This document shows, piece by piece, positions 12,894 to 26,145 of a stretch of DNA of 64,000 bases. The position numbers and the translations under genes were made by a program. Positions within the stretch are counted from its first letter, which is position 1. Each line of letters starts with the position of its first letter. The notes beneath the pieces are model-generated. The model searched no databases. It worked only from the letters and a program-made list of their open reading frames with translations, and was not told the origin of the DNA. Source of the DNA: Octopus vulgaris (lineage: Eukaryota); NCBI GenBank assembly GCA_951406725.2, contig OX597816.1, forward strand, positions 1,240,001-1,304,000, read 5' to 3'.

Positions 12894-13632
12894 AGTGGGT
12901 GAGAAGATACTGTTACAAATGTATGATAAACGAACACTGGGTTAGAGCTGAGACTAATCCAAGTTCTTAAAACCCAACCTCCTAATCAGTGTAGAAACTA
13001 TTCCATGGAACAAAGAATGGCAATAAAAAATGTATATCAGTCAACGCCTGTGGAAAGATGGACAAACATGTATAGATGCCATTATATCATTTATATAAGA
13101 TATTACATAATCTACAACATTATTCTGCTAGAGTACGTTACTAAGGTTTTAACAGACCTTAATACGGTTATTCAAATAAAACTCTGAAGACTCCTTACCC
13201 TAAACTTCCTCATTCTTCCTCTCGTCCGCTTCCGCCGTCGTCCATCTTTTCAAAGTTTCAATGAAGCAGACGATCGTTCAGTGTGCTGAAGCGCATGCGT
13301 GAACGGAGGGGGGTGAAAGAAGAATTTTGTCCCACCACCACCACCACCTTCAACATATCTACTGACACCACCACTGCCACTTCCTTGGAGATCCCTACTC
13401 TTACCAGCACCTCGTTCGCTATATTTGCTTACACCGCCATCGCCATCTCCTTCAATATCTCTACTCACACCAGCAACCTTCTTCAATATATCTACTGACA
13501 CTACCACCACTTTTACTCTCCCTATTTTCACTATTGCACTATGTCGCCTCCTTTCCTCACAACACGGAATGGGATCTTCAACAACAGCCATGTCCAGCCA
13601 TTGAAAAAGTTTCCATAATCCAACGTGGTTAA

Positions 13633-14028
13633 TCTCTCTATACATATAAAGCTGAAGTTGTCTGTGTATGGCAGATTTGGTAGCCTTCAACTAACACTAT
13701 CTCCTCCGAGACCCTGCGGCGCAAGTTGACCAAAATTGAGAGTATGATAGAAGAAGGCTTGCTCTTCCTTCCGTAGGAGAAAAGAGTCAAATCGGACCAT
13801 GTTAACACCAAAAATTATTTACATCAAAAAGGTGCTTTTTTTTTCTATGAAAATCCCTATTTTTTACGATTTTTTTACTGCTGGGTCGCCATTTTTCGGT
13901 GTATTTCAACCAGAAAAATCTTCACTCAAAGAGAATAACAAGCTACAGAATGCAGAATTTCTACTTTTAAAAAATTCCAATTCTAAAGAATCGAAACAAA
14001 CCCGAGCAACGCCGGATGATTCTGCTAG
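13633..14028 (+). mobile_element. Non-autonomous Helitron-like element
   Basis: A|TCTCTCTATACATATAAAG... at the 5' end; ACAAACCCGAGCAACGCCGGATGATTCTGCTAG|T at the 3' end (hairpin plus CTAG, A/T insertion). Confidence 0.75.
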
Positions 14029-14845
14029 TTTTGAATAAAGAGAGTTTAGCTTCAGATTAATTTTGTTGTTGCTCCGTATTTCGTTTCCAAGAATCTCTAT
14101 ATATCATCTTGGTAGAGTTCATATTAAAATAATTCGTAGCAACCCTTAGGTTTCTTTATAACTTTATTATACAATGTTAGAATGTTGTCTGCGAAGACAC
14201 AATTACCTCCGTACAAATAAGTGTTTTTGTTAGCAATGACAAACAATTAGTTTTGACATGGTGCAGCTGCGATTAATAAAGACGGGAAAAAAGTGAGAAT
14301 TGTTTGATTTTTGTTTTGGATCTTTTTTTGTAAATAGCAACAATGAAGAGGAAGGGCAAAGGGGTAATTTATATGTGATGAGGGTGGAGGCCAGGAGTAA
14401 AAACGGTTGAGAATCACTGGATTGTGCCATGGTAAGTTAGTAATGGTGTAGGATGGATTACATAAAGGTATGTGCCACTATACATTCGTTCGTCACTCGT
14501 TCTTATTCTAACTCATTTCCCTCTTCAGAAGGTGCCACTGAGGAGGTCACAGATGTGTGACGAAGGATTTCGGGATAATGGACATGAGTTAGAATCAGAA
14601 CAGTTATAAACGAGTGAAGAGCAGATATATAATACGTATGTTTATTTGGTAAAGAAAAAAAAAAAAAAAACGACTGTCCCGAAATACAATGATACCTGTA
14701 TAAAAAGGTAAGACAAAAATTGTACCAGTAAGGAATCAAAACCGAATCAGCTCTTAGTTCCAGGTTGTCCAAGGTGATTATTTATTTCAGATATAGTTTT
14801 GTATTCTAATTATGGAAATGAAATTCCTTTTGGGCATAAATTAAT

Positions 14846-15251
14846 GGATCTTTTCGGTTTGAACGGCAGTTTTTTCTAGTGGTGTCATATGAAATTGTTC
14901 CCCACAATTATGACCCTAATATCGATCTATTGCATTTCAATCTGGTTAGGGTTAGGGTTGGGGGAAGGGTATATTTTTTTCTTCACAAATGTAAATAAAC
15001 CCAATCTGTTTCTTAAACGAGGGACATAGTCATACGGCACAGAATGTTTTTTTTTTTACCTCAATAGACGTCATTGATTGGTTGAAATTGCAGAAATTGA
15101 AGAAAAAAAATATCTTACAAGCTATAGAATTTTCTCAATAAAGCCAAGAGAAAAGATGTTTTATAAACACATTCTACCAGTATACGAAGTTTAAAATTTT
15201 TTAGTTACCTAGAAATTAAGTTAAAAACTGCCGTTCAAACCGAAAAGATCC
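14846..15251. mobile_element. MITE with perfect 29-bp TIRs (Merlin-like termini)
   Basis: GGATCTTTTCGGTTTGAACGGCAGTTTTT at 14846-14874 and its exact reverse complement at 15223-15251. 8-bp TSD AAATTAAT on both sides. Confidence 0.9.
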
Positions 15252-16449
15252 AAATTAATAAATAAAATGTTAATAGTGAATTTTGGGTCATTTTAATCAA
15301 TCGAAAGCCACAGACATATTGGTGCCTGTTTCCATGGTGACAGGCAAAGGTACAGTCTGCTCTTCACTTGTTTCTTTTTTCTTTTTTTTTTAAGAAACAT
15401 ATTTTCGGTTGCTGTCCTCATATTTTTTTCCTGGACCTTTTCAACCTAAATAGAAGAAGTCTGACTGCAGCCAACTTGTTTAACCTTTCAAATATGGTGA
15501 AGAAATTAAAAACCAAGAACAATGAACCACAACATTGAGTTCATCAACTGGAAAAATGCTACCCATATGCAACAAGTGGAAAGCGTATGGACTTCTGTAA
15601 GACGAGGAAATAAACGATGTCGTGGCAAATACAGGTAAAAAAAAGTCACAGGTAAAAATGTCACAGGAAAAGAAGTCAACCACCACCACCAGCCATGCTA
15701 TTGTGTTTTGCATTTAATTCAATTTATCAAAACTTTGCACAAAATATTTCATATAAGAAACCCTTTTATTTTGCCAGGGGTGTAGAATGGCACACAGTGA
15801 AACAGGAACCCAAATATTATGTAATTAGTTTCCCTCCTGTATGCCCTGAGTTCAAATTTCATAGTAACCAGTTTTGCCTTTTATTTCTCCTCTATCAATA
15901 AAATACCATAAAAGTCTCTTTGATGATCGATGGATCAACTCGGAATCATTCAGAGCCTTGTATTAATACAAAGAGAGAATTACTTTCAGGAATATTGCAA
16001 TGAAAAGAAATGGCAAAGTGGAAGACTAAATGTTGCATAGTGTCTAGTTTTATCACTCTACCTTCAAAATTTAAAACCCCTTGAGGATAATTTCTGCTTT
16101 TCATTTCCATTCAACACAACAAGCAGAAAGCATGTGCTGAGTTTGTCCCAATCCATTATACCTCTGCCACCCCTATCCCCTCCCCCCTCTCCTTCTTATA
16201 AATCTATGACTTTGTACCACAGGAAATCCTTATTCTCTTGCAATTCAGTTAACAAACAAAAGGATGTAAAACAATAGCCTGTGTTTATGGTGGTGGTGGT
16301 AGACTGAGAAGTAGGGTCTCGTATTTTAAGTGGTCCTATTATAATCTAAGCCCACAAGGGTCCCAGTCTCATCGCTGTGATCCCACAAAGCACACACCAA
16401 TTATAATACATTGTCATCCAATACCTTTATACACCAATGATTGCTGTGG

Positions 16450-16975
16450 ATATATATTTAGAAAGATAGATATACACCCGGGCAAAGACTTGTGAAAGGA
16501 ATCAACATGACTTCCACTGAAGCTTCAGAAACAAGCGAAATGGTCTCCTGTTGTCCAGATGGGAAATGAGAGTCTGCTAAAGGAGCTTCTCTATTCCCAA
16601 CCAAAAGTAGGAAAATGAAGAAGAGGAGAGCAAAAAGAAAAGATACAAAGATGTTCTGAAAGTCAACTTCAAGAAATATGATATTGACACTAAGAACTGG
16701 GAGAGAAACACTGAGGGTTGCGAGCCCTGGAGATCCCTCATCAAAGAGTGGCTGACAACTTCTGCCAGATAAGAAGAAAGAAAAGAGGAGTGGCAGAGAA
16801 GATAGACAATACAATGAAGATGGAACCTTTGACCCAGAACCACCTGCCCCACATGTGGAAGGAACTTCCAAGCAAGAATCAAATTCATCAGTCACCTCAG
16901 AATCCATCAGTAACTATAATAGCAAAGCAAAGACCGTCATACTCAACCTCGAGGGATAGCCATGATGATGCAGAC
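16450..16975 (+). mobile_element. RTE-BovB-like LINE 3' fragment
   Basis: Plus-strand remnant LLKELLYSQ..GK..RGEQKKRYKDVLK..WE..; terminal zinc-finger-like PTCGRNFQARIKFISHLRIH; ends in ATGATGATG. Confidence 0.7.
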
Positions 16976-18671
16976 TGGGAGACTGGGAGTTTTTGTGTCA
17001 AGATGTTTCTGTTGCATCACAGTGTGAGGAGGAGGGGGAGAGAGAGGAGGAGGATGTCATCAGTCATAACTGTCAACCCTTGACTGGTTTTTTATTTTAT
17101 AGACCCAGAAGAAATTTGAAGTCCAAATGTAAAGTACCAGAACAAAGCCACAAGAGACTTCTTCAACACTCCAATGGTTTAGCTGAAGAAATGATAGTTT
17201 CTTACTTAAACAAAAGGTCAATAATTTTGAGGGGAGGAGGGTTTTCCAGAAATTCACTGGTGTTTTATTTTATCGACCGTAGATGGATGAATTGCAATGT
17301 TGACATTGACAGAAATTAACACAAAGATGTAGACATAAAATTCCAATATAATAATGGTTTTTCTAGACTAGGCAGAAGAGCAAAACGGTTCTGTCAATTT
17401 AACACCAATATATTACTGCTCTTCATTTTGTCAGCCCCAGAAAGATATAAAAGTAAAGTTGAATTCAGTGGAATTAGAACTGACAACACATCCAGGGTTG
17501 TTCTGTTTCTATCAGTTCAGACTTAAGATGAAAAACAATACACAAAAATACAACAAATATAAATTATTTCACGAAGTTGCCACAAGTGTCTTGAGAAGCG
17601 AATATTTGTTTCTGTCTGTGGAGTTGAACCTTCCAGAAACACTGACAAGATTTATGACTTTCAACAAACTGAAATATAAATAAATAAGGATTTTTTTACT
17701 TTGGCACCGATCCACAAATGTCAAAGGAAGAAATATAAGTCAATATCATCAAACATAATTAATTACAGGACTGAAATTTATATTTCATATTGATTGTGGC
17801 AGGAGAGGGTTAAAAATAAAGTTGAGCTTAGTTAAGATTTGAACTCAGAATGTAATTATACATGGTTAGGTATTTAGTTGGTTGTTCAACCGTTTCTATC
17901 ATCTCATTAAGTAAAAAAAAAAAAGAAGAAAAAAAAACAGAGAGAAAGAAAATAAAGAAGTATGAGTTGAGGAAGAAGTACATTGCTTGTTCTGTCATTT
18001 GATACAGTCTTGTTGGTTGTTAAGATTGCTTGAGTAATTCTTGAGGAAAAAAAATACAAGAAAAACGTTGATGGAAGTTGAAGCATATGAGTTGCATAAT
18101 ATCTCTCATGCTGCAGCAGCAGCGGTAGCAGCAGCAGCAGCAGCAGTAGTGGTGGTGGTGGTGGTGGTGGTGGTAGTCTGTTCCTTATTATCCTGAATGC
18201 AGTTATAAAATTCACATGTCATGGACCTGCCTTGGGTTTCTTCAGTGAACTACAGGAAAGCAACTCGGTCAGTTAATTCCATTCCTTCCAAAAATATATT
18301 CCTCTTTAGCAAATGAAGTCCATCAATTAAATGAAATCAGTATTTTTCTTATCTCCTATCATTTTGGTGAATCTCCATCATTTGACAGTGAGGAGGGGGT
18401 AGAGTCAGTTGTTTGATCAACTGAATTATCTGCTCTTGAATAACATTCTTAGTGGCTGAGTATTCCACAGATATGCGTACTCTTAATGTAATTCTCAGGC
18501 AGTGTGTGACAAAGCTGCACTTTTTGAATTCCAGGTACAATCCAGGTACCTTTTGGATTCCTGGTACTTTCTGCATTCCTGGTACTATTGTATTAATATT
18601 CAGATTATGCTTGTTTAACCAGACACAAAAAAAAAATGTTGTAGAGGAGCAAAGATACGGTTGATTGCCTA

Positions 18672-19214
18672 TAAATGGGGTCTGATCTAAAAGTATCAGG
18701 GGACAGATGCTTTAAGAAAACTACAACCTATATCAATTCAGCATTTAATCCCCTTCAAAATTGTCCCCTTCTGAAGCCACACACTTTTCATTGATGGAAG
18801 CAATCCTGGAACTCCTTTTTTGGGGACAGCGATCAGCTGCCTCATCCCATTCTCTTGGATTTCCTCTTCCCCTTGAAATCTTCCACTGTGGAGACTGAAT
18901 CTTGGTTTCAGGGTCATAACTATAAACCCACGATTCATCACCTGTTTTGGCCCTTTTTGAAAAGTTTTCTTTTTCCTTGACATTATCAAGGAGATCCTGA
19001 ATAGCTGAAACCACATCTTGCTTTTAAGATGACCACACTCTACACTCATTACTGCCAAGCACCATCATAAACAACACAAGTGAGCAAGAATGTTATGATT
19101 CAGGGTGCATCCATGACAGAGTTCAAGGTCAACCTGTGCCAAGCAACTTCACTCTGTGTACTTTAGCACTATTACCATGACAACAGTCCCAGTACTTCTT
19201 GATCAGACCTTGTA
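18672..19214 (-). mobile_element. Internally deleted mariner element
   Basis: TGDESWVYSYDPETKIQSPQW (first catalytic D) and C-terminal KCVASEGDNFEGD. Degenerate TIRs GGTCTGATCTAAAAGTA near 18679 and TACTTCTTGATCAGACCTTGTA near 19193-19214. Confidence 0.75.
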
Positions 19215-20014
19215 CATCTAATGTTTCCCTGACATAAAATAGAGTGTTTGACTCATATTGTTAATATCATTTACTAAATTAGGATTGAAGGACAAAACCA
19301 TTTATATTTTAAAAGGGAAAATGAAAAATACTCACAATGGTTTCAAATATAATAAGCATGCTTCACTTACTTAAGCCTTTTGCTCCCAATGGAAAACAGA
19401 GGCCATTGATGAGTTTTCTCCACTGTTCCCAACTCTAAGCTGCTTTTTTTGCTTCTCTCCAACAAAACCCCTGCTTTTTTCAGCTCCACCCCAGTATCTT
19501 CCCGGAGTCAAGGCCTTCATCTCCTATAACTTACTCCTTTTGAATTGTCATTGTTACTTCCAAAAATTTGCTTCTCTTTTTTTCTTGGTAGGGATGGATG
19601 TTGACTCTACACAATTTCATTTTTACCTCTAGGAACAGGTGATCCATATTAGTTTGGCTTTCATCCTTTGACCCATCCAGCATAGGAAGTCCTGCTTGGT
19701 GTTTGTGTTCTGAGGGTCATTAAGGCATACATTCCACCGCACCACTTCAAGGAGAGAACCTTGTGGTGTATAATAAGCTCAAGATCACAAACAATATGGG
19801 ACATGAGCAGCTGAAGACATCAAGCCAAATAATTGACCGGTGGTCACTTTATCTTCTTCCTCAAAAGGAAGACAATCAGTGAGATTCAAATTCAAGAAGT
19901 AAAGATATTCAAATAAATGCCACAGAGCAAAATTGATTTTGTGATTCTTTGACTCCAGACTCTAGATACATGCTAAAGCAGGTCTGGAGATTTTCGTTCG
20001 ATTTACGTGTAGAG

Positions 20015-20172
20015 GCTCAAGTATAGCTGTGTGGTTAAGAAGTTTGCTTCCCAGCCACATGGTTTTGAGTTCAATTCCAGTGTGTGACACCTCAGGCAAG
20101 TGTCTTCTATATCAAGGGCCAACTAAAGCCTTGTGAATCAATTTGGTGGACAGAAACTGAAAGAATCCCAGC
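20015..20172 (+). mobile_element. tRNA-derived SINE family A
   Basis: GCTGTGTGGTTAAGAAGTTTGCTTCCCAGCCACATGG...GAGTTCAATTCC...GAAACTGAAAGAATCCC. Confidence 0.7.
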
Positions 20173-20174
20173 AT

Positions 20175-20885
20175 GAGGCCCACCTCAACCCATGTTTTCT
20201 TGAGTCTACTTCTACTACAGGTTCCCTCCACAGTTAGAGATCAGCACTTTTTTACACAGCTGTCCTCATCCATATGTATCACATGACCATACGTGTGCAA
20301 TCATCTTTCTTGCACATCACAGCTTTTCTCTCAAGATGCTTACACCCAGTCGTACATGTGCACTGACATTGCACATCCAGCAAAGCATACTGGCTTCATT
20401 TCTTTCAAGCCTACACATGTTCTTGGCTGTCACAACCCATGTTTGACTGCCATGCTGCATAGTGGTTTGCACACAGGCATCAAAGAATCTGCCTTTAATC
20501 CTGAGAGAGGGGCACTTTGTTACCAGCAGAGGTAGGAGCTCTCTGAACTTTGCCCAGCCTAATCTTATTCTCACAGCCATGCTCTCAGAGCATCCACCTC
20601 CACTACTAATTTGGTCACCTAGATAACGGAAGCTGTCTACTACCTCCAGCTTACCCCTCTGGCAGTTGATGGAGTCTCTTTTCTATGCATTTTCAGTGTT
20701 TATTGTACAAGGGCATCTTCTACACACAAAGATTATTTTCCCTGTTAACCTTCTTCTGATATTGCTGCACCTCATATGTGTGCATAGCTTACACTGGGTG
20801 CATCTTATGGAGTTTATACCTACGCCTTTTCTACAGATTGAGCAGGGCCCTCTACCTGAAGGCATTTGTGATTTGTCTGCCTTAC
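20175..20885 (-). mobile_element. 5'-truncated RTE LINE (PHD plus thumb)
   Basis: RKADKSQMPSGRGPCSICRKGVGINSIRCTQCKLCTHMRC..CRRC; WAKFRELLPLL; HGSQTW. Confidence 0.85.
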
Positions 20886-20944
20886 GTGTGTGTGTGTGCA
20901 TACATGTGTGTGCATGCGAGTGTGTGTGTTTGTTCCCTACCACA

Positions 20945-21128
20945 GCTTGAAAATCAGTGTTGGTGTGTTTACGTCCCTGTAACTTGGCAGTTCAGCAAAA
21001 GACACTGATAGAATTAGGTGCAGACTTCAAAAAAAAAAAAGTACTGTAGTGAATTCACTCAACTAAAAAACTCTTCAAGGTGGTGCCCCAGCAGGGCCAC
21101 AGTTTAATGACTGAAACAAGTAAAAGAT
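20945..21128 (+). mobile_element. SINE family B-related 3' segment
   Basis: GGTGTGTTTACGTCCCTGTAACTT...TTCAAGGTGGTGCCCCAGCA...GACTGAAACAAGTAAAAGA; inverse of 49790-49970. Confidence 0.6.
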
Positions 21129-21735
21129 AGAAGACACAGTGGTAAATAGCCAGCCAAATCTGCTTCCATGCTTCCAGCTTTTACAGATTGGTGATAGCTT
21201 GTTTCTAGCACGATGGAGAAGCAAAAAGAAGTATATTCCAGGCCAAACACTGACTCTGCTAAATGCCATGCTGACCCCGCTGCCGTCAAAGAAATTCAAT
21301 TATGGCTGTGAGTAATGAGCGGGATAAGATTAAAACAAACAGAGAAATGACTAAAGGAGAAAAACAGCAGAAACATAAGCTTGAAATTCTCTTAATAAGA
21401 AGACATTAAACCTACATGTAACCCCCTGGGGAAGGATCCGATTCCACAGTTTTCAGCATAGATGTGGTGGGTGGATGTGTGTGAGTGTGTGTGCATATGT
21501 ATGTATGGATGGATGGACAGATGCGTATGTATGTACATATGTATGTGTGTATGTATGTGTGTGTATGTGTATGAATGCTTATACATGTATGTGTGTGTGT
21601 GTGTGTGTGTGTGCGTGAATGTATAAGTGTATGTATGTGTGTTTATGTGTACATTAACCAAAAGTGCGTCAACTAAGGAATTTAACAAGTTAAAAATACC
21701 CTTCACCACCTCTGAAGAAGTTTATACTTCAAATG

Positions 21736-21770
21736 AAGAAGAAGAAGAAGAAGAAGAAGAAGAAGAAGAA
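21736..21770. repeat. (GAA)n microsatellite
   Basis: Direct reading. Confidence 0.95.
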
Positions 21771-22988
21771 TATCTCCCCCCTCCATGTTCCCTCCCACCT
21801 CTCCTTTCACTTCCTCAGAGTTGGCACATTGAAAGGAAAGCAGCATCAAGAAGTACCGATCTCTACTGATGGAGAGAACATGTGGAAGGGGTAGTCCTAG
21901 GGAGACATGGGATGAAGTCATGCAAAAGGATCTTCAGACGTTTGGGCCTCACAGAGGAGACGACAAAGAACCAAGGCTTCTCCTAGTTTCCTGTGCTAAG
22001 TAAGATCATGGTTGTCCTTGCATACAGGTATGTCCCCCACCCCTGTATCTCACTTCAGCTGAAACATCGTGATCTTGTGGGATTGTGGGGGCTGGTCCCG
22101 CATAAGAAGCACCTATGATGGTGATGATGATGATGATAAATTTGTTTCGTTTCATCAATTTAAAATGTAAACGAAAACCAGATTCTAAGGAATGTATAAA
22201 GTTAATGAAAATAAACCCAAAACAGCAGAATTAAATCTTGATTGACATTCGATACCTCTGCTTTCCTTTCTCCTTGTGCACGTGTGTGTGTGTGTGCGTG
22301 TGTATAGTTGTATGCATATATATATTTACACATATATACATAGATATTTCCTCAAACTTGTATATAAAGGTAGATGGATAGATAGATAGATAGATAAATA
22401 GATGCATATATATATACATACATGTGCATAGAGTAACATGTAGGTTAATTATTTGTTCCCAGTTGCAGTATGAAAGTGCTGCTCTCCTGTGTTCTCTGCA
22501 AAGCTAGATTTTCCTTCAAAGTTTAGCCATAAAACTAAGAGAAAAGAAACTGAATTTCTTTCTGGATTAAGTTGCAAATGCTGATAAGATTTTGTCAAGT
22601 GAGTGAGCACACAGCCTTTAGTATGTCGAAGTTGCTTAAGAACCAACCTAGTACTGTTCTAAATATATTCTCCATCATCATCATCATCATAATCTAATGT
22701 CCACTTTTCCATACTGGCATGGGTTGGATGGAATTTGTTAGGGCAAATTTTTTCTGGCCAGATGCCTTTCCTGTTGCCAACCTTCACCTGTGTCTAACTT
22801 TTTCCTTTTGAATGGACATGTTTTTCACAGAAGTCTGGAAACAAATGAGACCACTTGTATAACAGTGAAGCTCATTTACAACATGCAACGTCAAAGCAAG
22901 GATACACACATGTGTGTGCGCACGCACACACACATACATGCATCATCATCATCATTTAACATCCATTTTCCATGTTGGCATGGGTATA

Positions 22989-23028
<40 letters not shown>

Positions 23029-23274
23029 AATAATAATAATAATGAGTACTGAGGCGTGTTTATCCACAATTTTTTGTTTTATAATTCCATACAGCATATT
23101 ATAATGACCTACGCCACATGTTTCCAACTCCTCCCAGTTGTGAACTCAGCCTTGTATTATTACTGGTACAGTTTGATTAGGGTCCATCCCTTTGGTCGTC
23201 CTCAAGGTGAACTGAAGGAAGAATATTTGAGTCAGAATTCCATGGGTTGCGATGGACTTCTTTCAGGTTTCAGG

Positions 23275-23410
23275 TTTCAAATTCTGTCCACTAAATCTAT
23301 TCACAGGGCTTTGTCCTGGGGCTACAGTGGAAGATACCAAGGGTCTGTGCACTGGGACTGAACCCAAACTGAAATGGTTGTGAAGCAAGTTTCTCAACCA
23401 CACAGCCACA
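23275..23410 (-). mobile_element. SINE family A (diverged)
   Basis: CTAAATCTATTCACAGGGCTTTG...GGGACTGAACCC...CTCAACCACACAGCCAC. Confidence 0.6.
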
Positions 23411-23704
23411 TTTACACTTGTTATATATACAATAAGGTTTCCAGGCATTATCCCAATGAAAAATAAAATATCGCTTCTTGTTCAATGAGCAAAGTTAAGC
23501 AACACGGAACCAAATTAATTCTTAGGTGACCCATTGAGAAATTTAGGAGATGGAAGCATCTTTTTGTTTGACACTGCTTCTTGGCTGAAAGGTTAAAAAC
23601 TTCACTTTGCTATCATGAAGTCAGGGGTTCAGTCTCCATGGATCTTTTGCAAGACGTGTCTTTTACGCCATATTCTAGTCTATTGGCTTGCAAGCTAATT
23701 TGTG

Positions 23705-23991
23705 ACCTCACAGTTGCCAGTGCCATGTAAAAATCACCCATGCTGCTGCCACATAAAACACCAGTGATGTATACCATGTATACAGCCCCTGTACTGGTTC
23801 CACATGAAAAGCACTAGAAATGGTACCATGTAAAATACACACAATGCACCCTGTAAAGTGGTTGGTGTTAGGAAGGGTATCCAGCTGTAGGAACCAAGCT
23901 AAAATAGACAAATGGACATGGTGTAGCTCCCCAGCTCCCCAGCTCCTGTCAAACCTTCCCACCCATGCCGGCTTGAAAGATGGTGATAGTG

Positions 23992-24023
<32 letters not shown>

Positions 24024-24030
24024 GACGATT
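23705..24030 (+). mobile_element. RTE 3' UTR fragment with (GAT)n tail
   Basis: TAAAGTGGTTGGTGTTAGGAAGGGTATCCAGCTGTAG...ACCCATGCC...(GAT)n. Confidence 0.7.
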
Positions 24031-24149
24031 TTACAACCCACAGGTCAACACAAATGTTGGGAATTAAATTGAATAGATGGAAACTGTATGGAAGCTCTTC
24101 AGATGGATTGTATTTGTAATTTAAAGATCCAGCCTTGCCATACTGTGTT

Positions 24150-24500
24150 GATCCTACCTGAGAAGTATGTTAACGATACACAAATCAATGACATCTTTCT
24201 TCAGGTGCCACATCCAGAATCTTGGACAGAGACAGATTATGTCCTGCCACAATTCTTTGTTCTTTGCTTTCTCAAACATTTTCCACTTCCTGATGTTTTG
24301 ATGCCTCTTTCTTCCAACCAATTCATCAAGTCTGACATCCATATCAACCTTTTCCTGCCTCTGCTTTTCTTCCCCTTCACTCTTTCTGATCATTGCTAAA
24401 TTCTCCAGGCCCTCTTTCATCATCACATGACCAAGAAATCTCAGTTATTTGGCCCTTATCTCACAAAGCAGTTCCCTATTTACTGCAGCCCTTGTCATAC
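24150..24500 (-). mobile_element. Old RTE-type LINE C-terminal fragment
   Basis: EGLENLAMIRKSEGEEKQRQ...AKNKELWQ resembles the RTE C-terminal GK.EGKR.RGR...A.DR..W motif. Confidence 0.5.
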
Positions 24501-24662
24501 TCAGACATTTAATTGCTAATTCAATGAAAAAGGTAGTTTAGTTGATTGAATAACTGAACACTCATCGTTGCCACTGACGAGGTCCTCGTTACGTTGTAAG
24601 AGAACAAGAAGGAAGTTTTAATTGTCTTGTAAACTTCATATTAAAGTCCATACATGTGTGAG

Positions 24663-24727
<65 letters not shown>

Positions 24728-24957
24728 TGTGTTCCAGTGCTGCTTTTAGATTTCAGGTATTGGTGCCAACTAGCTTATCTAATTAATTTTAATTTGTTAT
24801 TGAAACTAGAATAACAATTAATTAGTTAACATACCAGGTTCTGTTGAAACATAGAAGAGCTGGATTAGAGGGAGAAAATACCAAAAACCGTTTCCACATC
24901 TGGCTTTTAAGAATGTGCAACCATTGCATTGTATTGGTGGGGCTTGTTGCAGAATCG

Positions 24958-24991
<34 letters not shown>

Positions 24992-25730
24992 TGTCATTGT
25001 CATCACCATTGCCCTCTCCATCATCATTTTTGTCGTTGTCATCATTAACATCATCATTATCATCAACATCTTCATCAATTAATTAATTAACTAGACCATG
25101 GTAATAATGGTTTCTGATTCAGACACATCTCCAACTTCTCCAGCAGTGATTCAAAAACCAAGTCATACAGAAGCAATGAAATGGTGGACCATTCCTGGTG
25201 GACCAAGAGTGTAACACCAAACAGGTGCTGCCATACGATGCACCAATCCAACCTCTGAACACCATGATGGAGCCAACTGTATTTAATACAAACAGCCAGG
25301 TGCCAGGGACTTAACGAACAAATTAGACAGGGTCACACCATGCGATCCATCATGTGTTGACTCTGATGACCAGATCTTCCAGGAATCAAATTGTCTGCTT
25401 TTGATCAACATTTGCGACACCAAGTGAGAAACATTATCATTGTGGATGCAAGTTTAAGTTGTTGTTGTTGTTGTTGTTGTTGTGTGGTGATGATGGTGGT
25501 GGAGGTGGAGATGGTGGTGGTGGTGGATGACTTTTTGTCAGCCCCTCTGTCTCATCAAGCCATCTTGCTTTCTGTATAAATGTATGTGCTCGTACACGTG
25601 TGTGTGTGTGGGGAGGGGTATCACTGTATTCTCAAGAACTCCCTACTCATGCAATCTGGGTAATCCTCTACCATTGCATTCAAATCCACATTCTTATACT
25701 TGGCACATCACCCCCATCTCTCTCTCTCTC

Positions 25731-25790
<60 letters not shown>

Positions 25791-26145
25791 CTTATAACTG
25801 GAGTAACCATATGCTTCCTCTACAGCAAGACACCTGCTTCTGCCCTTCTGTCACACTCGGGCCTCTTATCCCTGGCACAAAACCACCTCCTTCAATACCA
25901 CTCCCCCTCTCTTGAAGAAACTATGTCTTGCAAGTTACTTGGTGACCTTGTGAAAAGCACCCAGTACAATCTGTGAAGCAGTTGGCCTTAGGAAGGCCAT
26001 CCAGTTGTAGAAACCAAAGCCGACAGTCAAGCTTGGCACAGTCTTCTGGCTTTGCCAACTCCTGTCAAACCATCCAACCCATTTACCAACATGGAAGACA
26101 GACATTAGATTATGACGATGGTGGTGGTGATATATACATAAACCA

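Noticed and set aside
18529-18585. Short ATTCCTGGTAC-type tandem repeat of about 18 bp
   Set aside because: Only three or four degenerate units with no associated structure.
24571-24600. CCACTGACGAGG hammerhead-like box
   Set aside because: No downstream GAAA box or closing stems.
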